NCBI GenBank assembly: GCA_964405545.1
Contig: CAYOOH010000002.1
Span: 1 to 32,511 of the forward strand
Source: an uncultured Candidatus Saccharimonadales bacterium
Lineage (GTDB): Bacteria; Patescibacteriota; Saccharimonadia; UBA4664
Direction: 5' to 3'
DNA: 32,511 bases
The position numbers and the translations under genes are program-made. This document shows, piece by piece, positions 20,230-27,579 of the stretch (its first letter is position 1; each line of letters starts with the position of its first letter). Under the pieces are notes generated by a model. It did no database searches. It saw only the letters and a program-made list of their open reading frames with translations, and was not told where the DNA came from.

Positions 20230-20610
20230 GTGTTAGCTGTGACCTTGACCCCAATCCGCAAGGCCCAAGCCAAGATCATGCTGGGCGCGGCCGCCCGCTT
20301 CCTTCTAGCCACGCTTCTCATAGCCCTCGGCACCAAGATCTTTCCCCAGAGCCAGAGTGTCCCAGTTACCATCCTTGCCATCGTTGCGAGCCTGATCGGT
20401 GGTGAGATCATCTTCTACTTCATAGTTCCAGATGCTCTCCGCCACCTCGAGCCAGTTGCCCCTAATCAGGTTGCGCCCCGGCGCCTCTCGCAGCTAGATT
20501 CCGCAACCGCTGCTCGCCTTAACCGAGCTCGTACTCTCGGGATCTTCGTCGGGGTAGCCCTCTTCCTGGCAACACAAACTCCCTACCTCATCCAGCTCTG
20601 GCAGCAATAG
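20230..20610 (+). CDS. Small integral membrane protein (about 125 aa, 3 TM), unknown function
   Basis: Hydrophobic segments FLLATLLIALG, VTILAIVASLIGGEIIFYFIV and LGIFVGVALFLA. AAGAGG lies 8 nt upstream of GTG 20239, the likely true start. A hairpin follows at 20625-20654. Confidence 0.55.
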   Translation: MLAVTLTPIRKAQAKIMLGAAARFLLATLLIALGTKIFPQSQSVPVTILAIVASLIGGEIIFYFIVPDALRHLEPVAPNQVAPRRLSQLDSATAARLNRARTLGIFVGVALFLATQTPYLIQLWQQ

Positions 20611-20624
20611 AATCCACGACCCCC

Positions 20625-20654
20625 GTCCGGCTCTTGCTCATGCAGGAGCCGGAC
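20625..20654. terminator. Hairpin between convergent genes (20230..20610 + and 20674..21153 -)
   Basis: GTCCGGCTC (20625-20633) pairs with GAGCCGGAC (20646-20654), giving a 9-bp GC-rich stem. The U-tract is weak. Confidence 0.55.
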
Positions 20655-20673
20655 AACTATTTGTAGGGTAAAC

Positions 20674-21153
20674 TTACTGCCCGGCTTTAGGCGACCCGTG
20701 CTGATCCGGCTTAGCTACTCCAATCCCATACCGCTTCTGTAAATAATCCTGCTGCAGCTCCTCCACAGCCTCCTCCTCAGCGTAAGGATCGCCGCGGTGC
20801 CGGGCCACCACCTGCTCGGCCTTACTAACCCACTCCGGCTCGATCAAATCCACATCCGCCGCCGTAGCCGGAGCCGGCCCTTGGCTGGTATTACTACCAG
20901 GCGTAACCGGCGCCGGGTTCGGCACGGCCGCAATCGCTGCCGCCACATCCGCCGCTGTCAAATGCGCCGAAGCCGGAGCCGCCGGCGCCCCAGCTCCCGG
21001 AGCCGCTTCAGCCGCACCTGGCATTGGCGCCACCTCGGCTGCGGCACTCCCCGCCTCCACCCCGCCGACCGCTTTCATGCTGTCAGGCAAAATCACCCCC
21101 AGCCGCTCTTGCGGTCCCGGCTGTGGCATTCCAGGTATAGTTGGCGTATCCAT
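20674..21153 (-). CDS. Ala/Pro-rich hypothetical protein (about 159 aa) with a conserved-looking acidic C-terminal segment
   Basis: The ORF is open to 21195. Start MDTPTIPGMPQPG (ATG 21153) is preferred because TGGTATTAT lies 8 nt upstream. The C-terminus is DLIEPEWVSKAEQVVARHRGDPYAEEEAVEELQQDYLQKRYG. Confidence 0.55.
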   Translation of the reverse strand: MDTPTIPGMPQPGPQERLGVILPDSMKAVGGVEAGSAAAEVAPMPGAAEAAPGAGAPAAPASAHLTAADVAAAIAAVPNPAPVTPGSNTSQGPAPATAADVDLIEPEWVSKAEQVVARHRGDPYAEEEAVEELQQDYLQKRYGIGVAKPDQHGSPKAGQ

Positions 21154-21161
21154 TATTCCAA

Positions 21162-21170
21162 ATAATACCA
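21162..21170 (-). promoter_or_regulatory. Extended -10 box (TGGTATTAT) 8 nt upstream of ATG 21153
   Basis: The minus strand reads TGGTATTAT TTGGAATA ATG. Confidence 0.4.
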
Positions 21171-21304
21171 CAACCATCTGGCCACCGCCGTACACCCGAC
21201 CAGTCCAACCATCCCCCTCCCCCCATCTCCCTAAAAGCTAGGCCCCGAAGCCCACCTTGCACTCCTCTACAAGGCACCGAGTATGCTCTCCCCCCCCTGT
21301 TCAT

Positions 21305-21421
21305 CCTCCAAAATGGAGGGTCATAGTACAAGTAAGTATTTCTTCGAAAAATAATCTCCTTAGAAAGGGATAATCTGTCTCTATCCTTGACACCTTGCTC
21401 CACTACCCTCCAATTTGGAGG
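21305..21421. repeat. Two copies of the palindrome CCTCCA-N3-TGGAGG, 102 nt apart, in the 290-bp spacer downstream of the L,D-transpeptidase gene
   Basis: CCTCCAaaaTGGAGG lies at 21305-21319 and CCTCCAattTGGAGG at 21407-21421. Confidence 0.7.
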
Positions 21422-21489
21422 ATGGCAATCTGCGTGGATACCTCCCAACAAGACGACCACCCACAGTCATTCAATTTCTACCACTCTCC

Positions 21490-22911
21490 CTAATTATGCA
21501 CCCACACCGGCGTTCCCACCTCAGCCCAACCGTACAAAAACTCCGCCGCCGCATCCGGCAAGTTCACGCAGCCGTGCGACCCGCCGTAATAATAATCCGA
21601 ACCGCCAAACCTGCCGTTCCGCCACGAGGCATCATGCAACCCATACCCCAGATAAAACGGCATCCAATACTTAACCGGCACATCATATCCCTGACCCCTC
21701 AAGTGAGTATTGGTAGTTTTATAGTAAATCGAGAACAACCCCGTAACCGTTCCCAGGCGCGCCCCTGTCGCCCCCGACGTAACCGGCGCCTCATAAATCA
21801 CCTTGTGGTCCTGCCAAGCCCACAAATGCTGCTTACTTAAGTTCACCTCAATATATCGACCGTAATCAAGGCTAACCAAAGTAGTTGATATCGTCTTAAA
21901 CGGCACCACCCGACTTACAATCGTATACGTCAAAGGCCTCTGCTCACCCACCGCCGCCGTAATTGCCGCCGTAATACCATCCTGGTCAATCGCCATCCCA
22001 TCCACCCCCTCCCGTACCACCTGACTCACGCCGTCCTCAACGTTCACCTGCTCGTTAACCGGTGCCACGTTCAAAGCATCTGCCACATCCTGGACATAAT
22101 CCTTTAGCTCCGCCGAATCAATCTGCGGTACCAGCTTAAAAGCCAACCCATCCGGCTGCTTCAAAAACGCCAGCCACTGGCCAATCTGCGCTTTCGTCGG
22201 CGTAAACACCCGGTCGCCATACGTCAAAATAATCGGCGTGGCCATCAGTCGCTGAGCCTCTTCAATCGTCGGCCCCAGCGCCCGGCTCTGAATATCCGCT
22301 ACCTGCTCCCGGGGTCGCAGCGACAGCTTCCGACCAGCCGCCTGCTTGACATCATCCTCGATCAGCCGCTCCAAGCCAACCCGGTCAATCGTCCAGCCGC
22401 TCTTCTCCGGCACCGTCCTCAAACTACCGTCCTTCATGACAATTCCAGCATCAATCGGCGCCGTCCCCACCTTGCTAGACACCGTCGCCGCAAACCCGTT
22501 CAGCTGGGCTCGGTCCAAATGATAGCTCAACGGCAACACCTCTCGCCCCAACGGCGGCACCCACGACCCCCGACCAACCCCGTAAGCATTAGCCAGCGTT
22601 GCCTCCACGTCAAACCGCACCCCCAACTGCTCAGCCGTCAACACATAATGATCCCCGGCCACATCCAGCGGCAACCGGTAGCTAGCCGCCTGATCCGACA
22701 GCACCCCTCGAGCCCGCTCTAGCGTCAGTCCACCAATATCACGACCACCCGCTACAACCCCCGGCAACACCCGACCATCAAACCACGCCCCCATTGCCAA
22801 ATGACCGCCCAACACCACACACCCAAACATCGCCCCAATCGCCGCCACCCGCCGCAATGACGTATAGCCTGCGCTCCCGTGACGCACCGGATCCAGTTTC
22901 CACCTCAGCAT
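21490..22911 (-). CDS. L,D-transpeptidase (YkuD domain) with an N-terminal TM and a YoaR/VanW-like peptidoglycan-binding region
   Basis: The C-terminal catalytic domain contains GLHDASWR and GGSHGCVNLP (His/Cys of the YkuD active site). The N-terminal TM is AAIGAMFGCVVLGGHLAMGA. Confidence 0.88.
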   Translation of the reverse strand: MLRWKLDPVRHGSAGYTSLRRVAAIGAMFGCVVLGGHLAMGAWFDGRVLPGVVAGGRDIGGLTLERARGVLSDQAASYRLPLDVAGDHYVLTAEQLGVRFDVEATLANAYGVGRGSWVPPLGREVLPLSYHLDRAQLNGFAATVSSKVGTAPIDAGIVMKDGSLRTVPEKSGWTIDRVGLERLIEDDVKQAAGRKLSLRPREQVADIQSRALGPTIEEAQRLMATPIILTYGDRVFTPTKAQIGQWLAFLKQPDGLAFKLVPQIDSAELKDYVQDVADALNVAPVNEQVNVEDGVSQVVREGVDGMAIDQDGITAAITAAVGEQRPLTYTIVSRVVPFKTISTTLVSLDYGRYIEVNLSKQHLWAWQDHKVIYEAPVTSGATGARLGTVTGLFSIYYKTTNTHLRGQGYDVPVKYWMPFYLGYGLHDASWRNGRFGGSDYYYGGSHGCVNLPDAAAEFLYGWAEVGTPVWVHN

Positions 22912-22917
22912 ACCTCA

Positions 22918-22923
22918 AGTATA
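22918..22923 (-). promoter_or_regulatory. -10 box (TATACT) 6 nt upstream of ATG 22911 (L,D-transpeptidase)
   Basis: The minus strand reads CGGTATACT TGAGGT ATG. Confidence 0.4.
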
Positions 22924-22980
22924 CCGCTAACGCTTAAATCATTGCCAGCCAAAAAATCGCCCCGCCGTCCCAACCACCAG

Positions 22981-25281
22981 CTAACGCCGTTTCGCCCCTA
23001 GTCGCCGCTCAAGCAGGCCAAAAACCCGCGCCTCGAGCTCACTCGCTTCCACCTCGGTCGGGGTCCGCTCCGGATGCGTCACCTCCAAGCGCAAAGTCAG
23101 CCCCTTATGGCCTTCCGGCAAATCGTCTCCATAATAATCACCCACAAACCCTGCCGTCTGCGGCGCCAGCACGTCCACGACCATCTGCCAGCTTACCGAC
23201 ACCGGCACCACCACCGTCAAATCGCGCTTAATACTGGGGAATCGCTCCACCCCACCAAATCGCCGCGTCCCACTTCGGTCCAGTAGGGTCTGCATATCAA
23301 CCTCCACATAAGCCGCCTCCCCCGCCACCTTCAGCCTATCAAGTAGTTCAGGCCTCAACTGGCCAATCCGGCCCACCGCCATCCCCTCTAGCTTCACGAC
23401 ACCACCCCGTCCCGGAGCATACTCCGCCAAATCCGCCGGCTCCACCACCAACTCAACATTCAACTCGCGTCCCACCGCATCAAGCACCCCCTTAACCGCC
23501 CCGTACGCTCGCTCTGGCCGCCGCATCATCACCCCCAATCGCAATGGCTCGTTCGGCTGCTCACCGGCCTCCCGCCGCACAAACACCCCCGACAGTTCAT
23601 AAAAACCCAATACCTTTGCATACAGCCGATTCCGGGCCAATACCGCCACATGACTTGGCAGCAATGAACTACGCAAATAAGCCTGTTCTGCGGACAGCGG
23701 ATTCTTAACCTTCAAATGGTCCTTTAGCACCAGCCCCAGCTCCTCCAGTTGCTCCGCCGCCACAAACGAGTATGTCATAACCTCAAACAGCCCAGCTCCG
23801 TACAGCAAATCCCGCACCATCCGCCGTTTGGCTCGCTGCCGGTCAAACGCCACCACCCGCGGCCGCCACGCCGGAATCGTCGCCGGCACCTTGTCATAGC
23901 CTACTACGCGCACAACCTCTTCTATCAAATCCTCAGCCAATCGAACATCAGGCCGCCACCACGGCACCTCCGGTACCACAATCGTCACCTCATCACCCGT
24001 CACCTCAAATCCCAATCGACTCAAGGCCTCCACAGCCTGCTTACGGCTCATTCCAAACCCCACCAGCCGTACCAGCCGCTCCATCGCCAGCTCAATCGAT
24101 ACCCGCATCGGCTTCGCATTCTGCTGATCCGTCAAACCCACCAGCCGCCCGCCGGCCGTCATAGCCAACAATTCCAAGGCTCGACCCATGGCCACCGCCG
24201 GCAGTTGGACGGGCAGCCCCCGCTCAAACCGGGCGCTCGCCTCCGTCCGAATCCCGTGTCGCTTAGCCATCTTCCGCACAACAGCCGACTCAAACACCGC
24301 CGCCTCAAGCAGAATCTCTTTCGTCTCTGGGCCAACCTCAGTCGCCGCCCCTCCCATCACACCAGCCAGCCCAATCGGTCCTGTCTGGTCTGCAACTACC
24401 AAGTCCTCAGGCGTTAGTTTACGTTCTACCCCATCGAGCGTCACCAATCGTTCATCCATCCGAGCCATCCGCACCTCAACCGGCAACCTCACCTTGGCTG
24501 CGTCATAGGCGTGCATCGGCTGACCCTGCTCCAGCATCACATAATTAGTTACGTCCACTACCGGAGATACCGACCGCATCCCAGCCGCCTTCAATCGCGC
24601 CGCCATCACTGGGCTCACTGCCCCAGACTCAACCCCCACGCGAGCCAGCATAAACCGCGCCGCCGCACTCCCCTCGACCACCTCCGGCCCTTCACCGCTA
24701 GCTGATGCCGGATCAACCTGCCGCTTAAGCTTAGAACCCGTCATAGCTCCCACCTCGCGTGCCAAACCGACCATGCTAAGAACATCAAAACGATTAGCCG
24801 GGGTCTTTAGGTCAATGATTGTCTCTGCCGGATAAAGGTCGCACAACGCACTCCCCACCTCTACGCCATCGTCCAGTTCCAAAATGCCATCATGCTCAGA
24901 GCCCAAACCCAATTCACGCTCACTACACAGCATTCCCTCGCTCACTTCACCGCGCAACTTAGCCTTCTCGATCCGGTCTCCAGATGGCAGGACCGTCCCT
25001 ATATGGGCAACAGCCACTTTTAAGCCTTCACGAACATTAGGCGCCCCACACACAATATTCAAATCACCATCACCTATCGTAACGGACACTAATTTTAGTC
25101 GGTCTGCTCCCGGATGCTGAACAACTTTATTAACCAGGCCAACAACAATCTTTTTATCAAGTTCTTTAGAATAAATAACTTGTTCAATCTCCAATCCAGC
25201 CTTCTCTACTGTACGCTCCATCTCCTCATCGGATATTGTGCGACCTAAAAGCTCTCGGACCCAAGATGATAGTAACTTCAT
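22981..25281 (-). CDS. pheT: Phenylalanine--tRNA ligase beta subunit
   Basis: N-terminal tRNA-binding OB domain VVGLVNKVVQHPGADRLKLVSVTIGDG, followed by regions resembling B3/4, B5 and a C-terminal FDX-ACB domain. Start MKLLSSWVRELL (ATG 25281) overlaps the pheS stop (TAATG). The tracked ORF extends to 25317. Confidence 0.95.
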   Translation of the reverse strand: MKLLSSWVRELLGRTISDEEMERTVEKAGLEIEQVIYSKELDKKIVVGLVNKVVQHPGADRLKLVSVTIGDGDLNIVCGAPNVREGLKVAVAHIGTVLPSGDRIEKAKLRGEVSEGMLCSERELGLGSEHDGILELDDGVEVGSALCDLYPAETIIDLKTPANRFDVLSMVGLAREVGAMTGSKLKRQVDPASASGEGPEVVEGSAAARFMLARVGVESGAVSPVMAARLKAAGMRSVSPVVDVTNYVMLEQGQPMHAYDAAKVRLPVEVRMARMDERLVTLDGVERKLTPEDLVVADQTGPIGLAGVMGGAATEVGPETKEILLEAAVFESAVVRKMAKRHGIRTEASARFERGLPVQLPAVAMGRALELLAMTAGGRLVGLTDQQNAKPMRVSIELAMERLVRLVGFGMSRKQAVEALSRLGFEVTGDEVTIVVPEVPWWRPDVRLAEDLIEEVVRVVGYDKVPATIPAWRPRVVAFDRQRAKRRMVRDLLYGAGLFEVMTYSFVAAEQLEELGLVLKDHLKVKNPLSAEQAYLRSSLLPSHVAVLARNRLYAKVLGFYELSGVFVRREAGEQPNEPLRLGVMMRRPERAYGAVKGVLDAVGRELNVELVVEPADLAEYAPGRGGVVKLEGMAVGRIGQLRPELLDRLKVAGEAAYVEVDMQTLLDRSGTRRFGGVERFPSIKRDLTVVVPVSVSWQMVVDVLAPQTAGFVGDYYGDDLPEGHKGLTLRLEVTHPERTPTEVEASELEARVFGLLERRLGAKRR

Positions 25282-26306
25282 TAAAACCTCTCCAAAAACT
25301 TCATGTTCGGTCGCCAAAACTCGCGGACGTCTTCAACCCCATATTTAATAGTTGCGATTCGCTCCGGCCCAAATCCAAATGCAAATCCACTATAAATTGT
25401 CGGATCAATTCCGACGTTTTTAAGTACCTGGGGGTGAATCATCCCTGCTCCTCCCAGTTCTAGCCAACCCGTTGCGCCACACAGCCTGCAGTCAAGGTCC
25501 CCCACCCGACCAGTACCGCTACAAATGACACATGTTGCATCCATCTCAACACTCGGCTCCGTATAGGGGAAATAATTGGCCCGCAACCGCAGCCCTGCTC
25601 CTTCTCCCAATACACCTTTCAGCATCGCCTCGAGCGTACCTTTCAGGTCAGCCAAACTGATCCCCTCGTCCACCACCAGTCCCTCAATCTGATAAAAATT
25701 CCATGAATGCCGCGCGTCTTCGTCTTCGTTTCGGTAAACCTTACCCGGCGCAATAATCCGAATGGGCAAACTATCCCCATGCTCCATCATGTGCCGAATC
25801 TGGACCGACGAGGTGTGCGTCCGCGGTAGATGCGCCTCCTCCAAGTAGAACGTATCCTGCATATCCCGAGCCGGATGGTCCTTGCCCACCAACAACGCGT
25901 CAAAGTTATACCACTCCGTCTCTACCTCCGGTCCCTCGGCCACCTGATAGCCCATCTGCCAAAACAAATCAACCAGCTCATCCAATACCACACTCACCGG
26001 ATGACGATGCCCCACCCCAACCGGCAAACCCGGCGCCGTCACATCCAATCCCCCCGCTAGCCGATCCGCCACCTCGGCCCTCCGCAGCTCTTGCTCTCGA
26101 GCCGACAGCAAATTCTCCGCCCATACGCGCAGTGCATTAGCCTCCTGGCCCGCTAAACCGCGCTCGGCGGCTGGCAGCGTCCCAATCGCCTTCAGCTGAT
26201 CGGTAATTATCCCCTTGCGACCCAAATACGCCACCCTTAGACGCTCAAGATCGGACAGCGATACCGCTCCCTTTAGCTCCTTGCCTAATTCTTCTCTTAT
26301 GGCCAT
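25281..26306 (-). CDS. pheS: Phenylalanine--tRNA ligase alpha subunit
   Basis: 341 aa. Class II core motifs YFPYTEPSVEMD, GAGMIHPQVL and FAFGFGPERIA. Confidence 0.96.
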   Translation of the reverse strand: MAIREELGKELKGAVSLSDLERLRVAYLGRKGIITDQLKAIGTLPAAERGLAGQEANALRVWAENLLSAREQELRRAEVADRLAGGLDVTAPGLPVGVGHRHPVSVVLDELVDLFWQMGYQVAEGPEVETEWYNFDALLVGKDHPARDMQDTFYLEEAHLPRTHTSSVQIRHMMEHGDSLPIRIIAPGKVYRNEDEDARHSWNFYQIEGLVVDEGISLADLKGTLEAMLKGVLGEGAGLRLRANYFPYTEPSVEMDATCVICSGTGRVGDLDCRLCGATGWLELGGAGMIHPQVLKNVGIDPTIYSGFAFGFGPERIATIKYGVEDVREFWRPNMKFLERF

Positions 26307-26758
26307 CGAAACCTCACATATACTTCAACGATTCCCAACAACAACGCCAGCAAAGCTGCGTCCAGCCAACCAAGCTGCCCCAGCGAGCTCAGGGCCAGCA
26401 CGCCCGTCACCCAACCACTCACCAACAGGCCTTGCCGCCAAGAATACCGCAAACGAGCCACACTTGCTACATGGACATGCAAAAACGTCTTAGCCGTATA
26501 CAACCCAAGCGCAAAAACCGCCGCCAAGCCGCCAAACAGCATAACAAACCAAACCGTTACTCCTGCCGGCCCAATCGCCGCCGGGTTAGTAAAAAGCATA
26601 CTAAGCACGAGACCCACGACCGCCACCAGCGAGGCCACAATCAGCATACTCAGCCAGCCCAACACAGTCACCGCCAACCCACACATTACTAGCAGTAGTA
26701 TCTCATTCCGCCGCGCTGCAAGCAAAACAAAATCCGCTCTCGTGACTAGGCGCTTCAC
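26297..26758 (-). CDS. Small integral membrane protein (153 aa, about 4 TM), first gene of the pheST operon
   Basis: GTG start. Hydrophobic segments ILLLVMCGLAVTVLGWLSMLIVASLVAVVGLVL, VWFVMLFGGLAAVFALGL, LLVSGWVTGVLAL and AALLALLLGIV. Its 3' end overlaps the pheS start by 10 nt. Confidence 0.6.
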   Translation of the reverse strand: MKRLVTRADFVLLAARRNEILLLVMCGLAVTVLGWLSMLIVASLVAVVGLVLSMLFTNPAAIGPAGVTVWFVMLFGGLAAVFALGLYTAKTFLHVHVASVARLRYSWRQGLLVSGWVTGVLALSSLGQLGWLDAALLALLLGIVEVYVRFRWP

Positions 26759-26803
26759 AGCGTGCTGTCATGAGAGCGGATTTAACAATAAATCCAGAGT
26801 TAC

Positions 26804-26850
26804 GGGGCGATGCCGAAGCATCCTTGTGTGTAATTGACGCCGGTCGCCCC
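26804..26850 (-). terminator. Terminator-like or attenuator-like hairpin at the 3' end of the structured RNA region, upstream of the pheST operon
   Basis: GGGGCGA (26850..26844) pairs with UCGCCCC (26810..26804) and encloses UGC-UUCG-GCA. It is followed by GUAACUCUGGAUUUAUUGUU, which is only moderately U-rich. Confidence 0.4.
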
Positions 26851-27237
26851 GTAGGAATCCCTACCCAAGGTGCGCATGGTGTCTTTTTACCTTTCGGACG
26901 GTAAATGATAGTGCGTTTTTATTTTGAGTAAAGATTTTGTGTTGGTGGACGAGTCGACCGCAAGGTTAAGATTTTTGCTTCGAACAACGTCCGATTTACT
27001 TCCTGTCACCCGTATGGGTAACCGGAAGCACTCGGCTATAATCGGTTGATTATAACCGCGTACCTCCGGTCTCCCGACAAAACTCGTGGCGCCATCTTGG
27101 ATTCAGCCAAGATTTGAGTTTATGGTGAGCAGTAGGACGGACCCGGGTTAGAAATAAGGGGGATACTTCTAACCGGGATCTATCCTACCGCCGACCCGAC
27201 CTAACAAGAAGTGGAGACTGAGCTTTCAACGAACAGA

Positions 27238-27273
27238 GGACTTTTGGACATCGGACTTTCCGACCAGGGACTT
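27238..27273 (-). repeat. Three AAGUCC motifs (GGACTT on the plus strand) at exact 15-nt spacing near the 5' end of the structured RNA
   Basis: Plus-strand GGACTT occurs at 27238, 27253 and 27268. A flanking imperfect direct repeat is GUUCGUUG(G/AAA)GCUCA(A)GUC at minus-sense offsets about 50 nt apart. Confidence 0.7.
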
Positions 27274-27301
27274 GAGCCAACGAACCAGTGGAACTGTAAC
27301 T

Positions 27302-27330
27302 AACTTAGCACAAGCATTATTGATTGTCAA
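27302..27330 (-). promoter_or_regulatory. Sigma-70-type promoter of the structured RNA
   Basis: Minus strand TTGACA (27330..27325), a 17-nt spacer, then an extended -10 TGCTAAGTT (27310..27302). The predicted TSS is about 27295-27297. Confidence 0.5.
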
Positions 27331-27579
27331 TACTCTTATGCTAATCGCCTATCGTGTATCAAAATATTGCTTACAAAAGCCAAAAAATTACCCATAACCG
27401 TCTCTTATCTAGGTATCGTATCACGACCCTTGTTGAATTTAAAACAACGTTTATGCACAAATATTTTACTACTTTTTTAAGCTACTTTACCTACTAACAA
27501 CCCATGCTCCCCCATCTGTCAAAGATGAAGCAGCCACAAAAACCCAATCCCACCAGCCAAACCAACCCGTCCCCGCCGC

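Larger units (their letters stand above)
26804..27297 (-). ncRNA. Large, highly structured non-coding RNA of unresolved family. The best named guess is a very divergent RNase P RNA. The 3' 150 nt may instead be a separate 5' leader of the pheST operon.
   Basis: No ORF >=60 aa in any frame between 26759 and 27579. The promoter TTGACA-17-TGCTAAGTT lies at 27302-27330. Minus-sense helices are at 27128-27192, 27081-27120, 27021-27070, 27005-27022, 26947-26992 and 26804-26850. G-U pairs and a C(UUCG)G tetraloop exist only in the minus-sense reading. GGAAAGUCC lies at 27253-27261, and GACAGGAAGUAAAUCGGAC at 26989-27007 could form a P4-like pairing. I could not build P1-P3 and did not find the CR-II/III motifs. 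Confidence 0.55.

Noticed and set aside
21083-21460. 125-aa minus-strand ORF spanning the 21196-21489 spacer, with an apparent PPNWR/PPFWR repeat
   Set aside because: The repeated peptide is a direct consequence of the CCTCCA-N3-TGGAGG palindromes, which encode PPxWR on both strands. The ORF overlaps the next gene by 70 nt in another frame, and its composition (W/G/R/C-rich) is atypical.
25282-25317. N-terminal extension of the pheT ORF (MATEHEVFGEVL)
   Set aside because: It lies inside the pheS coding region. MKLLSSW.. is the typical PheT N-terminus and forms a TAATG coupling overlap with the pheS stop.
26759-27300. tmRNA (ssrA) in the ORF-free region, on either strand
   Set aside because: There is no tRNA-like acceptor/T-arm ending in CCA (GGGGCGA pairs locally with UCGCCCC and is followed by GUAA, not ACCA). 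There is no GGUUCGA-type T-loop. No tag reading frame ends in a hydrophobic ..LAA-type peptide.
26759-27300. T-box riboswitch or a pheL-type leader peptide controlling pheST
   Set aside because: There is no GGGUGGNACCGCG T-box sequence or UGGN bulge, and no recognisable Stem I specifier loop. The small ORFs found (25 aa at about 26803-26880, and 19 aa MGNFLAFVSNILIHDRRLA at about 27330-27390) lack a run of Phe codons.
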